Assembly: GCF_001447785.1 (NCBI RefSeq)
Contig: NW_015169174.1
Coordinates: 647,729 to 711,728 of the forward strand
Reading direction: 5' to 3'
DNA: 64,000 bases
Origin: Gekko japonicus
Taxonomy: Eukaryota
Shown: positions 17,300 to 32,700 of the stretch, piece by piece
Layout of the letters: every line of letters begins with the position of its first letter
Position numbering within the stretch: position 1 is the first letter of the stretch
Made by a program: the position numbers and the translations under genes
The notes under the pieces: generated by a model
Seen by the model: only the letters and a program-made list of their open reading frames with translations
What the model was told of the DNA's origin: nothing
Database searches by the model: none

Positions 17300-17750
17300 T
17301 CATAATGTAGCAAAAAGGAAATGTTGCGACGACTGAATCTGTGGAACCGGAAGTTGCAATGCCCCATGGAACTAGAGACCCGGAATTAGTTTTCCAGCAA
17401 GACGGAAGAAGAAGTTTGCACGTGGGTTTCTGGTGGCCTTAGCCGGTCAGCATGGGCCGTTCGGGAAAGTTGCGCTCTGGCTCTGCCGGTAAACTCAAGC
17501 GCTGGCGAAAAGGATGCAGCAGCGACAGCAACCCGGAGGGGCGGCGCTATCGCCTAGCAGCTCGCGGTGGTTTGCTGGCTCCCCGATCAGGTTTGTGGGT
17601 CTTATGGCCAGTGGACTGCGCGTGGATGTTGAAGGCAGAGCAAGAGTTTAGGGCGTGATGGGGAAGCATGGAGAACTTTTTGTTCGGCCTGTCTCCGTGG
17701 CCGGATTTGGTGTGGTGGAGAGCGGAAACCCTCCCGGGTGATACAGGCCC
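17300..17750 (+). promoter_or_regulatory. RRP12 promoter / CpG-rich first exon
   Basis: ETS motif CCGGAAGT at 17347-17354 plus further CGGAA cores, E-box CACGTG at 17419-17424 just before the ATG, CpG-rich exon 1. Confidence 0.7.
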
Positions 17751-20700
17751 ACATCAAAATCCCCTTACATATGTAAATTGCACTAGGTTACCATGAACTG
17801 ATTATGTAAATTGCACTGGGTTACCCTGAACTGATTACTCTTCCTAAACTTGCCTTAAGTTTGCCTTGTTGTGATTATATTATGTACGTTATACAGAGCT
17901 CTTTAATGGTGTGTTTAAAACCCAATTAAATTCAGAATCTGGCCTGTTTGTGCCGGGGCAGTAGCTCTCTGTAGCTGCTTCTTTCTAACTATTTAACATG
18001 GACAGGTTTTGGAATTTGTATTTGCAAGGTTGATGTTGATTTATTTACAGGCATAGTAGTCCTCATAGAAAGTTGTGCTTCAGTCTAGCTTATCTATGGA
18101 TGCTACAGTCTTGAAGTAGAGAGGCACCTTTTCCTAGTGTATTGTGTGGTCCACATATGATGGGCTCCCCTGGAGTTCTGGCCTATGTGCAGTAAGGCTG
18201 ATTGTGAGCTGATAGTGCTGGATCTTTGGGCTAATCTGTTAATCTGTTTAGGCAGACTCTTAGCACCTGCGTTTTCAAGCAAGGTCAGATATGTGAACTT
18301 TTATGCTCCAACAATTACAGAATTCCATGGGACAATGTTATTTGAGTATCTGCAATAATGGGAGAAGTGCAGTGGTTCATATTCTTAGGAACAAGGTGAG
18401 CTCATACCACCAGAAAAATGTATTTATTCAGGATGGAACAGAGGAGATAGAATTCTGTCTGTGCTGGAAAGCAGTCACATTTATTTTGTACCCCATGTTT
18501 CTGAGCTATGGTATTAAAAACAGATGCTTCAACTGACGCAGGTGAAGCCCTTGCACATGCTCTGTATAGTGTAGCTGGTATTGGTGACCCACTCGGCGCT
18601 CTGGTCTGCAGTGAAAGGGTCAAGAATGTAAAAGGAAAGAAATATCTCTGTTTCTAATAAACAGCAAATTTTGTTTTAAACAGCAGTCTGTTTTGTATGG
18701 GAGAGTGGCTGGCTTGTAGGGTGTATAGTAAAGATGGTTTCTCTCAGGGTTACTTGGGGACTGTTTGACTTGTCACTGGCCACTCTGGTCCTTGCATAGC
18801 TACAAACCTCCGGCCTTGTAGGGATCCAGTATGGTGTGCTTGTCATGCTAAGACTTAACTGAATGTCTGTTTTTCTCTCGCAGAAAAAAGTGATCTGACT
18901 GTGGATGCACTGAAACTGCACAATGAGTTGCAGTCATCGGGACCACTTCCTGCTTTTCGGAATGTGGATGGTGCCCAGCCCTGCATGGAAAGTGATAACA
19001 ATGCAGAAACTAGGACCCACAAATCTTCAGCTACCTTCTTGAGTGGCCTGAGTGACTGCACCAATCTTACCTTCAGCAGAGTGCAGCGTCTCTGGGAGTC
19101 CAACTCTGCTGCTCACAAAGAGGTACCACTTTGGTAAAGGAAGGAGCAGGGCAGAAGTGAGAGGCACCCAGCAATGGCGTTGACAGTTTAAGTGTGTGGG
19201 ATGGTAGGGAGTTGCTCTGTCAAGCCTCTGCTTGGGTACCACCTTCTGAATCTTTCCTCCTACCAGACTATAGTATGAAAACATTCACAGGGATGGGCAT
19301 GATGTACCTGTGTGTGTTAGAGGAGCACTGTTAGGGAATCTTACTGAATTGCTTCCAGCTCTCAGTCATGGGCTTTTTATTTATTTGTTTTAGATCTGTG
19401 CTGTGCTGGCTGCTGTCACAGAAGTGATCCGGGCACAGGGTGGCACAGAGAGTGAGACAGAATATTTCGGTGCACTGGTGAGTGTCAAGGTTGTGGACTC
19501 AGTGGAGTGGGGCTGGCAACCTGGAGCTTCCAGGGCACCAGCGCAGAGTGTGGGTTAATTCAGTCGTCATGATCACAGGACCTAGGGATAATCCTATGTT
19601 AATGCTCCGGTGGGTGCATGTGGAGGAGGAAAGTTCTTCCCATCAAGAAAAATGTTTGATCTTTATTGGTCTCCTGTTGTCCTCTTCTGAGAAGGGTGGT
19701 GTTAGTTGCCCTCTGCATTTTCCTGTTATCATAGACATGCTGGAGCAGCTGATGCAAATTGTGTTCTAATCTTGTACTAGTAGGGCAAATCACAGATGGG
19801 GGTTAATGGCAAGGTTTTCCATGGAGGGGATTATATATCCCCCCCTCTGGGTAGGATGGAGTTCAGGGTGCCTGATCTGCTCTCTAGTTGCCTCACACCA
19901 CCATACTATGTTTTCACAGATGACAACTCTAGAAGCAGTTGAATCACCAGAATCCATGGCTGCTGTAGCTTATTTGCTGAATCTGGTGCTGAAGCGGTGA
20001 GTTTTAAGGACATGAGAAGTGTTCCTGGCCTAGACCAGTGACCCACAATCAGGATGCTTTGGAGGAAGTATAGAATAACTTGGAGGGTACAAATAGAAAA
20101 TTGTGTTGATTACTTCCAGGATCAAGACTCACTCAGACTTGAAAAAAAGATTTAGCCATTGAATTTGTTTGGCCCTATTGTAAATCCATTGAAACGTTTT
20201 TCAATGAGTCAACAAGCTCACTGAATTTACTTTCAGCGTTTATGGTGTCCCATCTTGTCTGGGTGCTTTCAACATAGTAAGACTCCTTAGCAACTTTTGG
20301 AACCACTCCTTTCTGATCTTTCCTTGTATTAAATGCATTTTGCATCCTTAATCACTGTAGCCACTTCAGTATTTATTTATTTATTTATTATTTATTACAT
20401 TCCATTTGTATACCACTCACCCCCTGAGGGCTCTGAGTGGTTCACATTACATACAACACAAGCCAATCCTAACCTAGGGCCACATACAAGGGAGAGAGGG
20501 ACTAGCCTACCAGGCACCCTTGTAGCGAGTCGTTGTTGTCTGCGGGAGCTCGTCCGACGAAGTTTGCATCTTCCTGGCTGTTGCGACTCCTTCAGGCTTG
20601 GACCGAGCGCATGTCCGTGCATGCTCGCTGCTGGCCTTGGATTACATTATTTCCTGTTTTAGATGGGCTTAGAAGAACTGTACCTAGTGTAGCCAGTACC

Positions 20701-23700
20701 TACTGTAGCCAGTTTTTCAGCGAGCTGAGAAGAACTGCACCTAGTGTTTAAAGTACAGATCTTGTTGTCCAACATTTTGATAGCCCTTGTGGCTTTTTAT
20801 TAGGTTAAGTGAATGATCAGAGGTCTGGGAATGCAGAAGTGTGGGGTGCCAGTCACTGAGTCTAAATGCAATAGAAAGTGAGACTGCTGAAAGTGTAGCG
20901 GAAGGCTTGCTGGTATTCATACTACTATCCCCTTTTTCTACTCCCCTAAAAGGGTACCAGGTCCTGTGCTTATCAAGAAGTTCTCTGATACCTCCAAGGC
21001 ATTTATGGGGATCTTGGGTTCCCAAGCCTTTGGAAGCTCCACCTCGGCCCTGCGCTGGGTAAGTGTTCCAGAAGGCACCAAATTGGGAGGCAAAAGAAGC
21101 ATGTATGTTTGCAGAGTGGGAGGACCTGTCATGATTGATGGGCCTCATTCAGAAGTGTGATGTGCACCTGAGAGACCATCACTCAGGGTTCATTTTCTCC
21201 AGCTCCATAGGTGGTGGTGGTTGTTTTTCCCCTTAAGCAAAGTGTAGGGAGCACGGTTGGAATTTAGATTATGCTATTGTTGGCTAAAAGGTGCAGGGTG
21301 CTGTTCTGTTACTTTGTGTCAGGTATATCAGCAAGTCCAATTGATCTCGTTGCTGAGAATTGCCAGACAAATGTTCCTTGATATTCATCACATACTGGCC
21401 ACATCAGTCCTTCCTTTGTCTTCTTCCTGTCAGGTGCTCTCCTGCTTAGCCACATTGCTGCGGAGGCAGAATCTAGTAGCTTGGAACTATCCTGTCACAA
21501 TGCAAGTTTTCCATGGCCTTCTCAGCTTTACTGTCCATGTCAAGCCCAAGGTGAGTCATTGGAGATTTTAGCTCAGCCATGTTGGAGATGTTTGCTGAGC
21601 CCCCAGGCATCTGCCTGCTCACGCTGGTAAATTTCATTGCAAACGGACAGTGTGTTTTTTAGTCGCAGATACACAAAATGGCTTGGATCCACCAGAGCCT
21701 TTGCATGGGTGGAAAGTTTAGAATTGGACTTTCCATCCACAGGTCAAAATGCTGTTTCTGTGGAGGCAGGGCATGCTTTTCAGGGGGGCACTTGGGGCTG
21801 CATCAGGAGGGGGGGGGAGTTGTGTTGCCAGGGTGGACACTTTTCCACATATGGAAAATTTCCAGTAGATCCAAATTCATCCTTTAAGTATATGGAGGGT
21901 GAGTTCTGAGGATGCTAGATCCCAGCTCAATGTCCTCTCATGCTCCTCTCCCCTGTTGCAGGTCCGCAAGGCTGCCCAGCATGGTGTTTGCTCCGTCCTG
22001 AGAGGCAGTGAATTCATGTTTGGAGATGGGTCTCCCTCGCATCACCCAGCTGCATCCTCGACTGCAAAGTTCTGTGTGCAAGAGATTGAGAAGGCTGGAG
22101 GTACAGGAGTGGGGGAAGATCATTCAATGAGAAGTCGTTGCATTATGGAGATCTAGTTTGGAGTATGGAGCCTAGTCTACTATATTTGTTCCATACTCTG
22201 TATTGGTTCACCATGCTGGTTTAGATTTGTGTTCCTATTCCTTCTCTGTAGACTCCAGTTACTTACTTAGAGTCTGAATAAGGGGGGATTGCCAGGTTGG
22301 TTGTGCTGGGATTCTCTAGTTTGACATAGGTTTTGTTGGGAAGTACTCCCTTCCCTTGCTTCAGTTTGCTGGATTGGATTCTCTGGCTTGACATTGGATA
22401 TATTGGGCTTGCCACACTGACCTGTGGTTCTGCTGGGATTCTCTGATTTGACATTGGTTCTATTGGGCTTGTTGGTTCTTTTTCCATTAGCAGGCTTTTG
22501 GCCAGTGGTTGCTTGCTTTTGTGTTTTTGGCTATTCTTTGCTCTGGTGAAAGCATGGCATTTTTCTTCCCCATAGAAAACAATGGAGGATGGCTGGGGCA
22601 CCTTGTTCAGGGGCCTATAGAATTGGATCCTTTGGTCCAATTGAAAACTCAGGGGTTCTAAAGTGGACAGGCAGCACCAGCTCTGCTGAAGTTTTGGTGT
22701 CATTTGCTTAAAAAAACAACTACCCTAGATCCCTGGAATGATTCTCCAGAGGGAATAATGGATGTGAATAATTTCAGAATCCCAAACAAAACCCAAATCC
22801 AAATATTGAATTAGTATTGGAGAGTTGAGTAATCCAGAATATTGATCTTTATACTGTCTCTGAAATCTGGATGTGAAAAATACCATTTTGGGGGGGGTGT
22901 CTTTTTCTGGTGCACATCCCTAGTTCCAAGGAAGCAGCTTACTTTCCAAGCCTGTCTTGCAGTCACCTTGTGTAGGAAGACTCTGCATTGTGTCCAAATC
23001 ACCATGACCAGAGCAGAGGGAGACCTGGGAATGTCTCATCTCCCTCTGCAGACCAGTGAATCTACCCAAATTCTGCTCCAGGGTGATGTCATAGGCCTCT
23101 TGGGGAACAGTGGGGTGGCAAAGTGGGGCACATGCAGTGGGAAAGGGATTCCCTTCCACCCGCAGTGGAAGTGCAGATAACACCAGCAGAACAGCACCTC
23201 TTGTTCTAGTCATCTGTTAGGTGAGCTCTGTTCTCCACTGCATTGAGCCCTTTGTAGTTGACAGTTATATAGAAAAATCAAGCAAACTCTTGGATGGAAC
23301 AGAGTTGGCGTTTGCAGAGTAGGTTAAAAGCTTGAGGGTGCTCATGGACCCATCTTTGCTGTTTGAAAATTGACACAGTGGTGAAGAGCACCTTCTATCA
23401 CTTTCATCTGGTTGCCATCAACTCTTTTCATTCTTAGGATCAGCTAATCTGGCCACACTAATCCATTTTTTGTAACCTTGCAGTTGGACTATTATAATGT
23501 GCTGTATGTTGGTCTGCCCTTGATGCAGCATCCGGTTGTTGTCGAGGGGAATGTACATTGCCCATTTTGAAACCGCTACATTGGCTGTCAGTTTGTTTTT
23601 GAGTTCAATTCAAGGTGCTGGTTATGGCCTTTGGATATATGGGCCTGTATCTGAAGGTCTGTCTCATATGTTCCTGTGCACCAACGGTGGTCATCAGGTT

Positions 23701-26700
23701 GTCACCTGCTGGCAGTTTCCTCACTCAGAATGGCCCATCTGGTATTCACCACAGCCCAGGCCTTTTCTGTTGTGGTTCTCACACTGTGGAATGGGCTTCC
23801 TGAAGAGGTGGGAGGAGCCTCCTCCCTGGAAATCTTCAGGAGGTGCTGCAGGGCTTGCTTGTTTGCCAGGGCTTTTGGTGGGTATGTATGGCAGGTAACG
23901 TTTAAGGGAAGGAGGGAGTCATAAGAACATAAGAGACGCCAATGTTGGATCAGGCCAAAGGCCCATCCAGTCCAACACTCTGTATCACACAGTGGCCAGA
24001 AATACCAGTGCCATCAGGAGGTCCACCAGTGGGGCCAGGACATTAGAAGCCCTCCCACTGTTGACCCCCCCAAGCACCAAGAAGACAGAGCATCACTTGC
24101 CCCAGAGCCCCTATCTATACCTAGTGGCTAATAGCCACTGATGGCCCTCTGCTCCATATGCTTATCTAATTCCCTTTTGAAGCTGTCCATGCTTGTAGCC
24201 GCCACCACTTCCTGTGGCAGTGAATTCCATGTGAATTCCATTCAGGGGGCTTTTTGTTTTTAATCTGTAATGTTTTGATCATCATATTTAAGCTGCTAAG
24301 GGGAAAGGTAGGATATAAGTATCTTAATAAAATAAACTAGGGAGTTTCTATGGCTGAACTCTTGGGATGAACAGCAGGACTGACTTTCTCTGGTTCCTCC
24401 AGGTGCAAAAGAGGCCACCACCACCTTGCACGTACTCACTCTGCTGCGTGACTTGCTACCTTGCCTGCCTGCCTTATCTGTCAAACCCTGTTGTGAGACT
24501 TTGCTTCGTGTCATGACCCTCAGCCATGTGGTGAGTTCCCCTGCCCTCTGTTACTTGCGGTTCTCTGTTGGGGGGGGGTTCCCTACAGTTTTTAGTAGGG
24601 AGTGGAACAGAGTGGGGGTAATGGTGCCCAGATGACTTTGGGATCTTATTGTTCATGTGGTCATTCTTGTGGCTTTGACTGTATTCTATTTCTTGTGGGT
24701 GGATGGAAGTACTTTTCCTGTCCCTTTGGGATAGATGCTTGAGTTCCCATTTCTCGCTTTGTGGGATCCATGTGAAGATGTGTGCACCATAAGGATTCTT
24801 ATTTCTTTTCACTCCCAGCTGGTGACGGCCTGTGCCATGAATGCCTTTCATAGCCTCTTTGCTGCCCAGCCGCCTTCATCGTCCCTGCCGGCTGAGCTCA
24901 ATGCCCAGATCATTACTGTGAGTCCTGCAAAGGTCAGACCAGGCTAGGGTGGGGTACACTCAGCATGGGACACTTAGGCTAACTTCTTGTGCTTTGCTGT
25001 ACTAGGCCCTATATGACTATGTGCCCAGTGAGGGTGACCTGCAGCCTCTACTGGCCTGGCTGGCTGTCATGGAGCGGGCACATGTCAACCTGGCAAGGTA
25101 AGAAGTTGGGATAGTAACGAGGAGGGTTTGGGCGTGGAGGGCCTGCCGTGCAACTGGGCTGTAACCAAGTTCATCTCTGTTGTAGGCTGCAATGGGAGCT
25201 ATGCTGGGCTCACCTTTCTCGCCTCTTCAGTGCAGCCATGGCCACCTTCCTTTCCCCACACACCCAGGTGGTGTCAGCGGCTGCCCAAACCCTAAAGGTA
25301 TTCTTACGTTTATCGGCATGATGGCAGAGTTGTGCTTTTGTAGGCTTTCAAAGAAATACAAGGATGGAGAACTTCTGCGGTTCAGCATTGCATGCTGGGG
25401 TGTACATGTTCTGTTGGGGTCTCTCTGGACAACTGTAGCCAGCATATGGGCACTCTTGGCCTCTCAGTGGTGTGAACTGATGCTGGTGTCAGGTTGTATC
25501 CAAATATATTTGCACTTTGCAGGTTCTGCTCAATGAGTGTGTGGCTCCTCACGTGGCAGAACTGGGGCTGGTTTCCTCTGCCACCCCCTCTGGCCCTTCT
25601 GCCCACGTCTGCAAGATGTTCAGGTAAAAGGGTCAGCCCACTAGCTGGTGGGAGGTCTGGGCTGTCTTGCAGCCACCTCTGTTTGTTGTTGGAGGTTGCT
25701 TTTGATTAGACATCTGCTCTTCTTCCTGTAGAGCAGTGGAAGAAGGCCTGATGTACCGGTTCCATGGGGCCTGGGCCTCGGTGCTGCAGGTTCTGAAGGC
25801 TTTCTTTGAGGCATGTGGGCGCCAGTTTCATCCCATGATGAGAAAGGTAAATGGGACCACGATATTAGTTGACGTTTACCTTGTTGTTAGCTAATGGGAT
25901 ATCGTCCAAGTTTCTGTCACAGCGAAGAGATTATTTGGATATCAGGTCTTGCAATAAGGACTGTCTAATCCCTTATGAACCTGCCCAACCATTATGGTCA
26001 TCTTGAGAAGCCCTGCTTAGGGTGCCTCCACCTTCTGAGTTCGGGTGGGTGGCAACCCAAGAGAGGACCTTCTTGGTCATAGTACCAAGGCTCTGGGACA
26101 CTCAGCCCAGGGAAATTTGTCTGTCCCCTTCTGTTGCTGTCTTCTGCTGGCAGGTGAAGAGGTTTTTTTGTTTCGTTTGGTATTTCCTCAGTGATCCCTC
26201 CTTCAGATGTTTTTTGTTTTTGTTTTGTATGTATTTTAACTCTTCTTAAAACTCTTAAAACTGTTTTGATGATGTATATTTGGGAGGGGGTTGATTTAAA
26301 TGGTTTTATAACGTAATTTTATCTTGTATGTTTTAAATTGTTTAACCGCCTTGGTGGCCCTTGTGAGGACAGAATGGTGGGATATAAAATTTGTAAATAA
26401 ATAAAAATAACATTTCTGAGCTACGAAATTACTGAAGTGAGGAGGTACAGTGTGAGGATCCAGGGGTCAGTTATGGGAAGATCAGAAAACACGGGGGAAA
26501 TTATTTTGTATATCTTGGTGGCAAGTACTTCCTACTGTGTGACCCTCCCCTCCCCCTTTCTTTATCGCTTCCCTTCTTCTGCAGTGTCTGCAGTCCTTAG
26601 CTGACTTACGGGGCTCCCCACACTTTCCCCACACCATTTTGCTTGACCAGGCTGTGGGGGCTGCTGTGGCTACCATGGGCCCTGAGGTGGTGCTGCAGGC

Positions 26701-29700
26701 TGTGCCCCTAGATATCGATGGAACAGAGTAAGTATGACCTCTGTCTTTGTGGGCTTGGGAGCCACAGCCTGTGGCAGGGTTGTGACGTCATTCTATGTCC
26801 TTACTATCTCCCCCACCCTCCTTTCCTTTGATTACACCTTACTCTGTTTTGACTTTGGTGCTTGTTTGTTTTATGTATTGCATTAACTTTGTGGAGAATG
26901 CAGTTAGGTAATAAATACCTTAAATATATCAGTAATTTTGGTGCACATGTGGGGCAGGGGCCCACACACTGGCCGGCAAGCACCTTTTCATGTGTTGGCA
27001 AGAGCTGCAGAGCCTGGACAAAAGTGTGGAGGAGGCTCCACCTGACAGTCTTTGCACCTTGGAGAGGCTAGGCACAGTGTGGAGCTGGGAAGGAGGAATG
27101 GAGGCTTGCCTGAGCAGTTGCACTCGGCCACTGAGCAACTTGTCACACCAGATTTCAAAAGGTGCTCCATGCTAGGCAGACCCTGGCCTCGCCCTCTCAG
27201 GAGAGGAACATACCTGGTTAAGAGCACAAATTTGGGGTAGCTAACACGGGAAGCAAGAAGCGCACAGATTCCTGTATGTGGCAGAAAATATATAGTGACT
27301 ATATGAATTTATTTCATTTTTATTTACTTTTTAAACGTTATAGTCCTCCTTCCTCCCAGGGGCTCAAGGTGGATTGCACATAGGGAGTCAGTACGATCGA
27401 CCAAAATGGGACATTCAATAACAAGCACATTAAGATTGCAGGAGTTTCCCACCTCCAGAAGGAACTGAAGTACAGCATAAGTATTCACATGACGCATTAG
27501 GTGGTACAGAAATTACATAAATAGGATCCTACTTCCAGTAAGACATACACAGCGGTGTAGATCGCAGTCCCCAGTCATTTATCCAAGCAAGTTTGTAAAA
27601 CCCTTTTGTGAAGTGTCACCCTATTACCTGTGCAGAAAAACTCTCTGGAATAGTTCAGTTTTGCGTAGCTTGTGGAAAGCCAGGAGTGTGGCGCCTTCCT
27701 GATCTCCTCGGGCAAACTGTTTCACAAGGTGGGAGCAAGCAGGTGTACAGGGAGTTGTTGAGTTTGCTCATTGGCAGGTTGGCACCTGCGGAAGCCTCTG
27801 CTGACTTGGGTGAAGTTGTTGTGGCGGATCATAGGGAGAGAGGCAGTCCCACAAATAAGAGGGCCAAGGCCATGAAGGGCTTTGTATGCAATAGACCGTA
27901 CCTTACACTGAGCCTGGCAACAGACGGGCAGCCAATGAAGTGTCTGCAGAAGGGGAGTCATATGCACGCTCTGTCTGTGGTGAAGAACGTGAGAGAGAGA
28001 GCGCAATTATATATAATTGCCAAGGTCCACACCCTGAGTTCTCAGTGTTGTATAGTGCCACAGTCCTCTGGTCTGCCTGTCTTTGATTCTTTTCTGGGGC
28101 GGTGCTCAGTAACTGGGCAGTGGAGGGCTTTGCCTTTGTTTGCTCCGTCCTCCCTCAGGGCTGGTTCTCCAGTGAGAACAGGATTGTCAGAAATCTCCTC
28201 CCTTCTCCAGCCATCCTTCCTTGTTCAAGGAGTCTCTGGCTGGGAGAGAAGGTTGCCACACAGCTTGCAAAAGTGCTTGATTATGGTAGAATTGTGACTC
28301 TCTGATCATGCCTATGCATTGGGTTGCGCTTTGCATCGTAGCTGTCTGGTGATATCCCACAGTCCGGGGATTCTATTTCATGTTGTAAGATGACGTATGG
28401 CATGGAGGGTGTGCCAGACGATCTGGAAAGAGTGCCCTTTTAATCTCTGTTACATCTATTTGTGCCATCCAGCCTCATACTCCACCCTCATGTAGTGAGG
28501 GTGTTCACTACATGGGGCTTTCACACCTCCAGTGGCTTATGGGTTGTTTGTGACTGGAAGCTGAAATCACTAGAGAGGACACAATAAAGTGCCCAGATCG
28601 ATGTGTCTGATGACAGTGTTTCCTGTGTCCGCTTACGTTTACATGTTATGACTTTATTCTCTCTGCCACCCACCCTTTTCCATAGGGAGACACTGGATTT
28701 CCCTCGCAGCTGGCTCCTTCCTGTGCTTCGGGACCATATCCATGATGCACCTCTTGCCTTCTTCTGCACTTACTTCTTACCACTAGCTACCACTCTAAAA
28801 AACAGAGGTAATTGAGTGTGTGGGGGAATTAAACCCAGAGCACAAATGCACAGACCCCAGGAGAGAATGAGAGAAGCCCGATTTCTGGGTCTAAGGATTG
28901 CATTAGAACTATGCAAACAGCATGGGGAAACTGCCACTGGCAAATCTGTCATATTCTATCAGATTCTGAAAATAAAAATCAACCTCTTAAGATAAACACT
29001 GTCCCTAGATATCAGTTCAGGACTTGGCTTGCTGAATGCAGAACACAAAAATTGTAGGAGCAAAAATTCAAAATGTCAGGTCACATAGTGATTCATATGT
29101 TGCAGTAAACTGTAATTAGATGTTTCTCGGGCACAAGCACAGCTTGTTGCTAGGACCTTGTGCTTCTTCCTCCTCTTGCACACGGAGCTTGGTTGAATAC
29201 TTCCCAGTTTGCTCAAGCTCCATATTTCTGTTTCTCACTTCTCCCTTCCTTTCCAGTAAACAGTCTCAGCTCCTGGGTGTGTGGCATAGAGGGTAGAGTG
29301 TCAGGCTGGGATCTGGGAGACCCAGGTTGAAATCCTTACTCTGCCACGGGGGTTTGCTGGGTGACCCCTGGGCAGTCACACACTCTGTGCCTAACCTACC
29401 TCAGAGGTTCTTGTGGGGATAAAATGGAGGAGAGGAGAACAGTGTAAGCCAGTTTGGTGTAGTGGTTAAGTGCGCGGACTCTAATCTGGGAGAACCGGGT
29501 TTGATTCCCCACTCCTCCACTTGCACCTGGCTGGATGACCTTGGGCAAGCCGTAGTTCTGATAAGAGCTGTCCTTGAAAAAGAGCAGTTTCTCTCAGAGC
29601 TCTCTCAGCCCCACCTACCTCACAGGGTGTCTGTTGTGGGGAGGGGAAGGGAAAGGAGCCTGTAAGCTGCTCTGAGACTCCTTTGGGTTGTGAAGGGCAG

Positions 29701-32700
29701 GGTATAAATCTCCTCCTCCTTCTCCATTGAGGAAAAAGGTGGGGTATAAATGAAGTAAATAAAATAATTTATGTTTGTGCCTACTTGCAGTTTAATGACT
29801 GTTGTCTGAATGCAGCCAATTTTTCCTCAGGATTTAATTTATATTTGCAAATTGTGGCATAGGAATATTTGGTATTGTGCCTGAATTCACGAAGCAGCTG
29901 GTTTCTGCTCAGGTCTACGCAGACACCTGGCTCTGCTATAGTACATTCTATGCAACAGAAGAGCATTTTCATTGTTCTTTTCCCAGGTTAATCTCTTGTA
30001 GCAGCTTTGTCTAACCACCCTGTGGTCATAACTTCTCCCTTGTCTCTCTGTAGCCACAACCCTTGCACAGGCAGAACAGCACTTAGAAGCCAAGATCTAT
30101 GATACTCTGCAGTGCCAGGTGAGGAGGGGCACCTCCACAGCTTTGCATCCTGTCTTTTTATGACTTTGTGGGTGAGGTTTGGGGTGCTGCCTAGTGGTGG
30201 TCAACTATGCTAATCTGCCCCTCTCTGCCTCTAGGTCTGGAACCTCCTGCCCAGTTTCTGCACCCACCCTACGGATATAGTCTCCTCGTTCAAGGGAGTG
30301 GCACGCACCTTGGGAATGGCCATCAGTGACCGATCCGATCTGCGGCTTATAGTTTGCCAAGCTCTTCGCAGGCTAATAAATAAGGGTTGCCAGACAGGTG
30401 AGGTCTCTTTGTGAGAGAGGTGTCTGCACCACTGCCCTCCACCATGAACTCATTGTGGCTGGTGGCCGTTCTGGATTGGTTCAGCTTCCTGCTGGAGAGC
30501 AAGAATGGAGAAAGGAGGGAGCAGGGGCCGATCCATGCCTGTTCGTAGGATGCACCATTTAGTCCTTTTTTGGGTTCCCCTGTCTTTGCTCTGTGTAAAG
30601 GAATATCCTTCTGTGTTCCTCCGGCTCCTCCTGGAGATAACAGCTTACAATATAACAAAATGTCATTTTATCAGCTGCCATCTTTCTCCTTCTCTTGCAG
30701 TGGAACAATGCTGCATCTGCCTAGCATTTTAATCCCAGACAGAGAACAACCTGTGTTATGTTTATTTATTTAATTTATTTATTTAAATTTATATCCTGCC
30801 CTCCCCACCCTCTGGCATCCTTAATGATGTGTGTCTGCACTGGATGAATATCTGGAAGTATCCTTCTGCATCTCTATCTGGCCTTTCAGCCTTGCTTTCC
30901 TCTGCCTCTGCTTGTAGATGCTGAACGTGCTGAGGTCGGGCGCTTTGCAAAGAACTTCCTGCCCATCCTGTTCAATGCTTATAGCCAACAGGATGCTGCC
31001 ACTGAGAGCCCTGTGCAAAGACGTTCTGTGCTGGACACTATCCGAGCCTATTTGACAGTCACAGAGCCTCAGGTGAGCAGAGTGCTGCAAAAAATAGGGC
31101 ACAGGTGCCACTTGCTGAAGGGCTAGGATGGAGACCAGTATCTGTTGGTGGATCTTCAAACTGTGTGTCAGGAAAGGGCCTAAGAATGACAGCCTTGTCT
31201 CTGTGGCAGATGGTGTGTGGATTCCTGGAGAAAGCTACTGAGAAACTGACCAGCCCTGATAGTTCAGAGTTTACCAGGTAAAGCCCAGCCCCTAGTTGGG
31301 GTCCAGTTTTTCCTGTACTTGGATGTGCATGGCCTTTCTGGTCCTGACCCTCCTCAGTAGGTGTGGGACTTGATAGTTTATACCAATGAGCAGCCTGTAG
31401 AGCTCCTGTAATGTTTTGCTCCTTTTCTGAGACCCCTTATATGGAACACCTGTAATGGCACCTTTCTGTAGTGTTCTGAGATGACATGTGTTCCGTTGCC
31501 TCGTTACCTTCCTTAGTGTTTCCTACTTGTTTTCCTAGAAAACACCACAGTTCCCTTCTCTGTTCCAGGGAGAAGGAGCAGAGTCATAAAGATGCTTAGC
31601 TCTGTGTTTATTTTTGCTAACAGTGTTTTCCCTGCTGCAGGCTCTCCATTAAAGACCTTATTGTAGCCATGGCTCCCTATGTTGATGAGAAATCTCTGAG
31701 TTCTCTCTATGGTATCATCCAGCCCTCCTTGCAGGTGAGCTGTCCTGTCACTGACCTGTCACAAACTTCAGGCGGACTGTCTTCTCTGACTATATGGAGA
31801 CGTCCAGATTAATATTGCCAGAGTGGGGGCGGGTGGAGGAAGCAGCATGTGTCCTTAGATATAAAGGGAATGGATATCCCCCTCCATTTAGAGAAGACTC
31901 CAGTTACAGGGCTGTGGAAAAGGTTGGCAAGTCTAGTGGAAAGAATAGCTTGAGCCTATCAGTATTTTCCTGGGGCCACTCCTGCCCTCTGAAGCTGTGT
32001 TGGTGCTGTAGAAAGCCTTTGTGTAGGATGTGTTAGCTGTTCTAGCCACATCTGATCTGAGAAAGACTCTTTTGTTACCGGTGCTGAATACCTGGTCATC
32101 ACTGATTCGTGTCAGATGCCCGTCCTCGTGCAGATTCTTTGCCATTTAATTGATGTTTTTAGACATTTCCCCAGTCACGTTGGAATCCATTATCTGTGAT
32201 TTGCTTCCCCGCTGCAGAGAAAATGTTCAAATGACCCAACCATGTGATGCTAAAGGACCAACCATGTGGGTCTCTCAGATGGAATTAGCACTTTCAGGTG
32301 ATGCCGTTTCCACTAGAGAGAACCATACGATCCATCTCAGCCACATGGCTCATTGGGACTTAGCAGTTCCCATCTGAAGGGAACAATAGCCTCCTTCTTG
32401 GTGTTGGACTTGGAGTCCCTTTCTATTTTTCCTAGTAGAATAGGGCAGGCAACTAAGGATGAGAGGTGTCTGTGTTGGTGTATGCATAAAAATTGTGTCT
32501 CTAAGATTATCTGTCTGGTTCAAATGCCTAGAACAAAGACCATGGGATCCAGAAGAAGGCGTATCGGGTACTGGAGGAGGTGTGTGCCTCTGACCGGCCT
32601 GCGTGTCAGAACTTTGTGCGAAGCCATCTGAAGGAGCTGCAAAGTACTCTGCTCAGCTCCTTGCCCAGTGCTGCCTCACCTGCCAAGAGGGTAAGGAGGA

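Noticed and set aside
27608-28297. Longest ORF in the track (229 aa)
   Set aside because: Antisense to an L2 fragment within RRP12 intron 14, with no coding signature.
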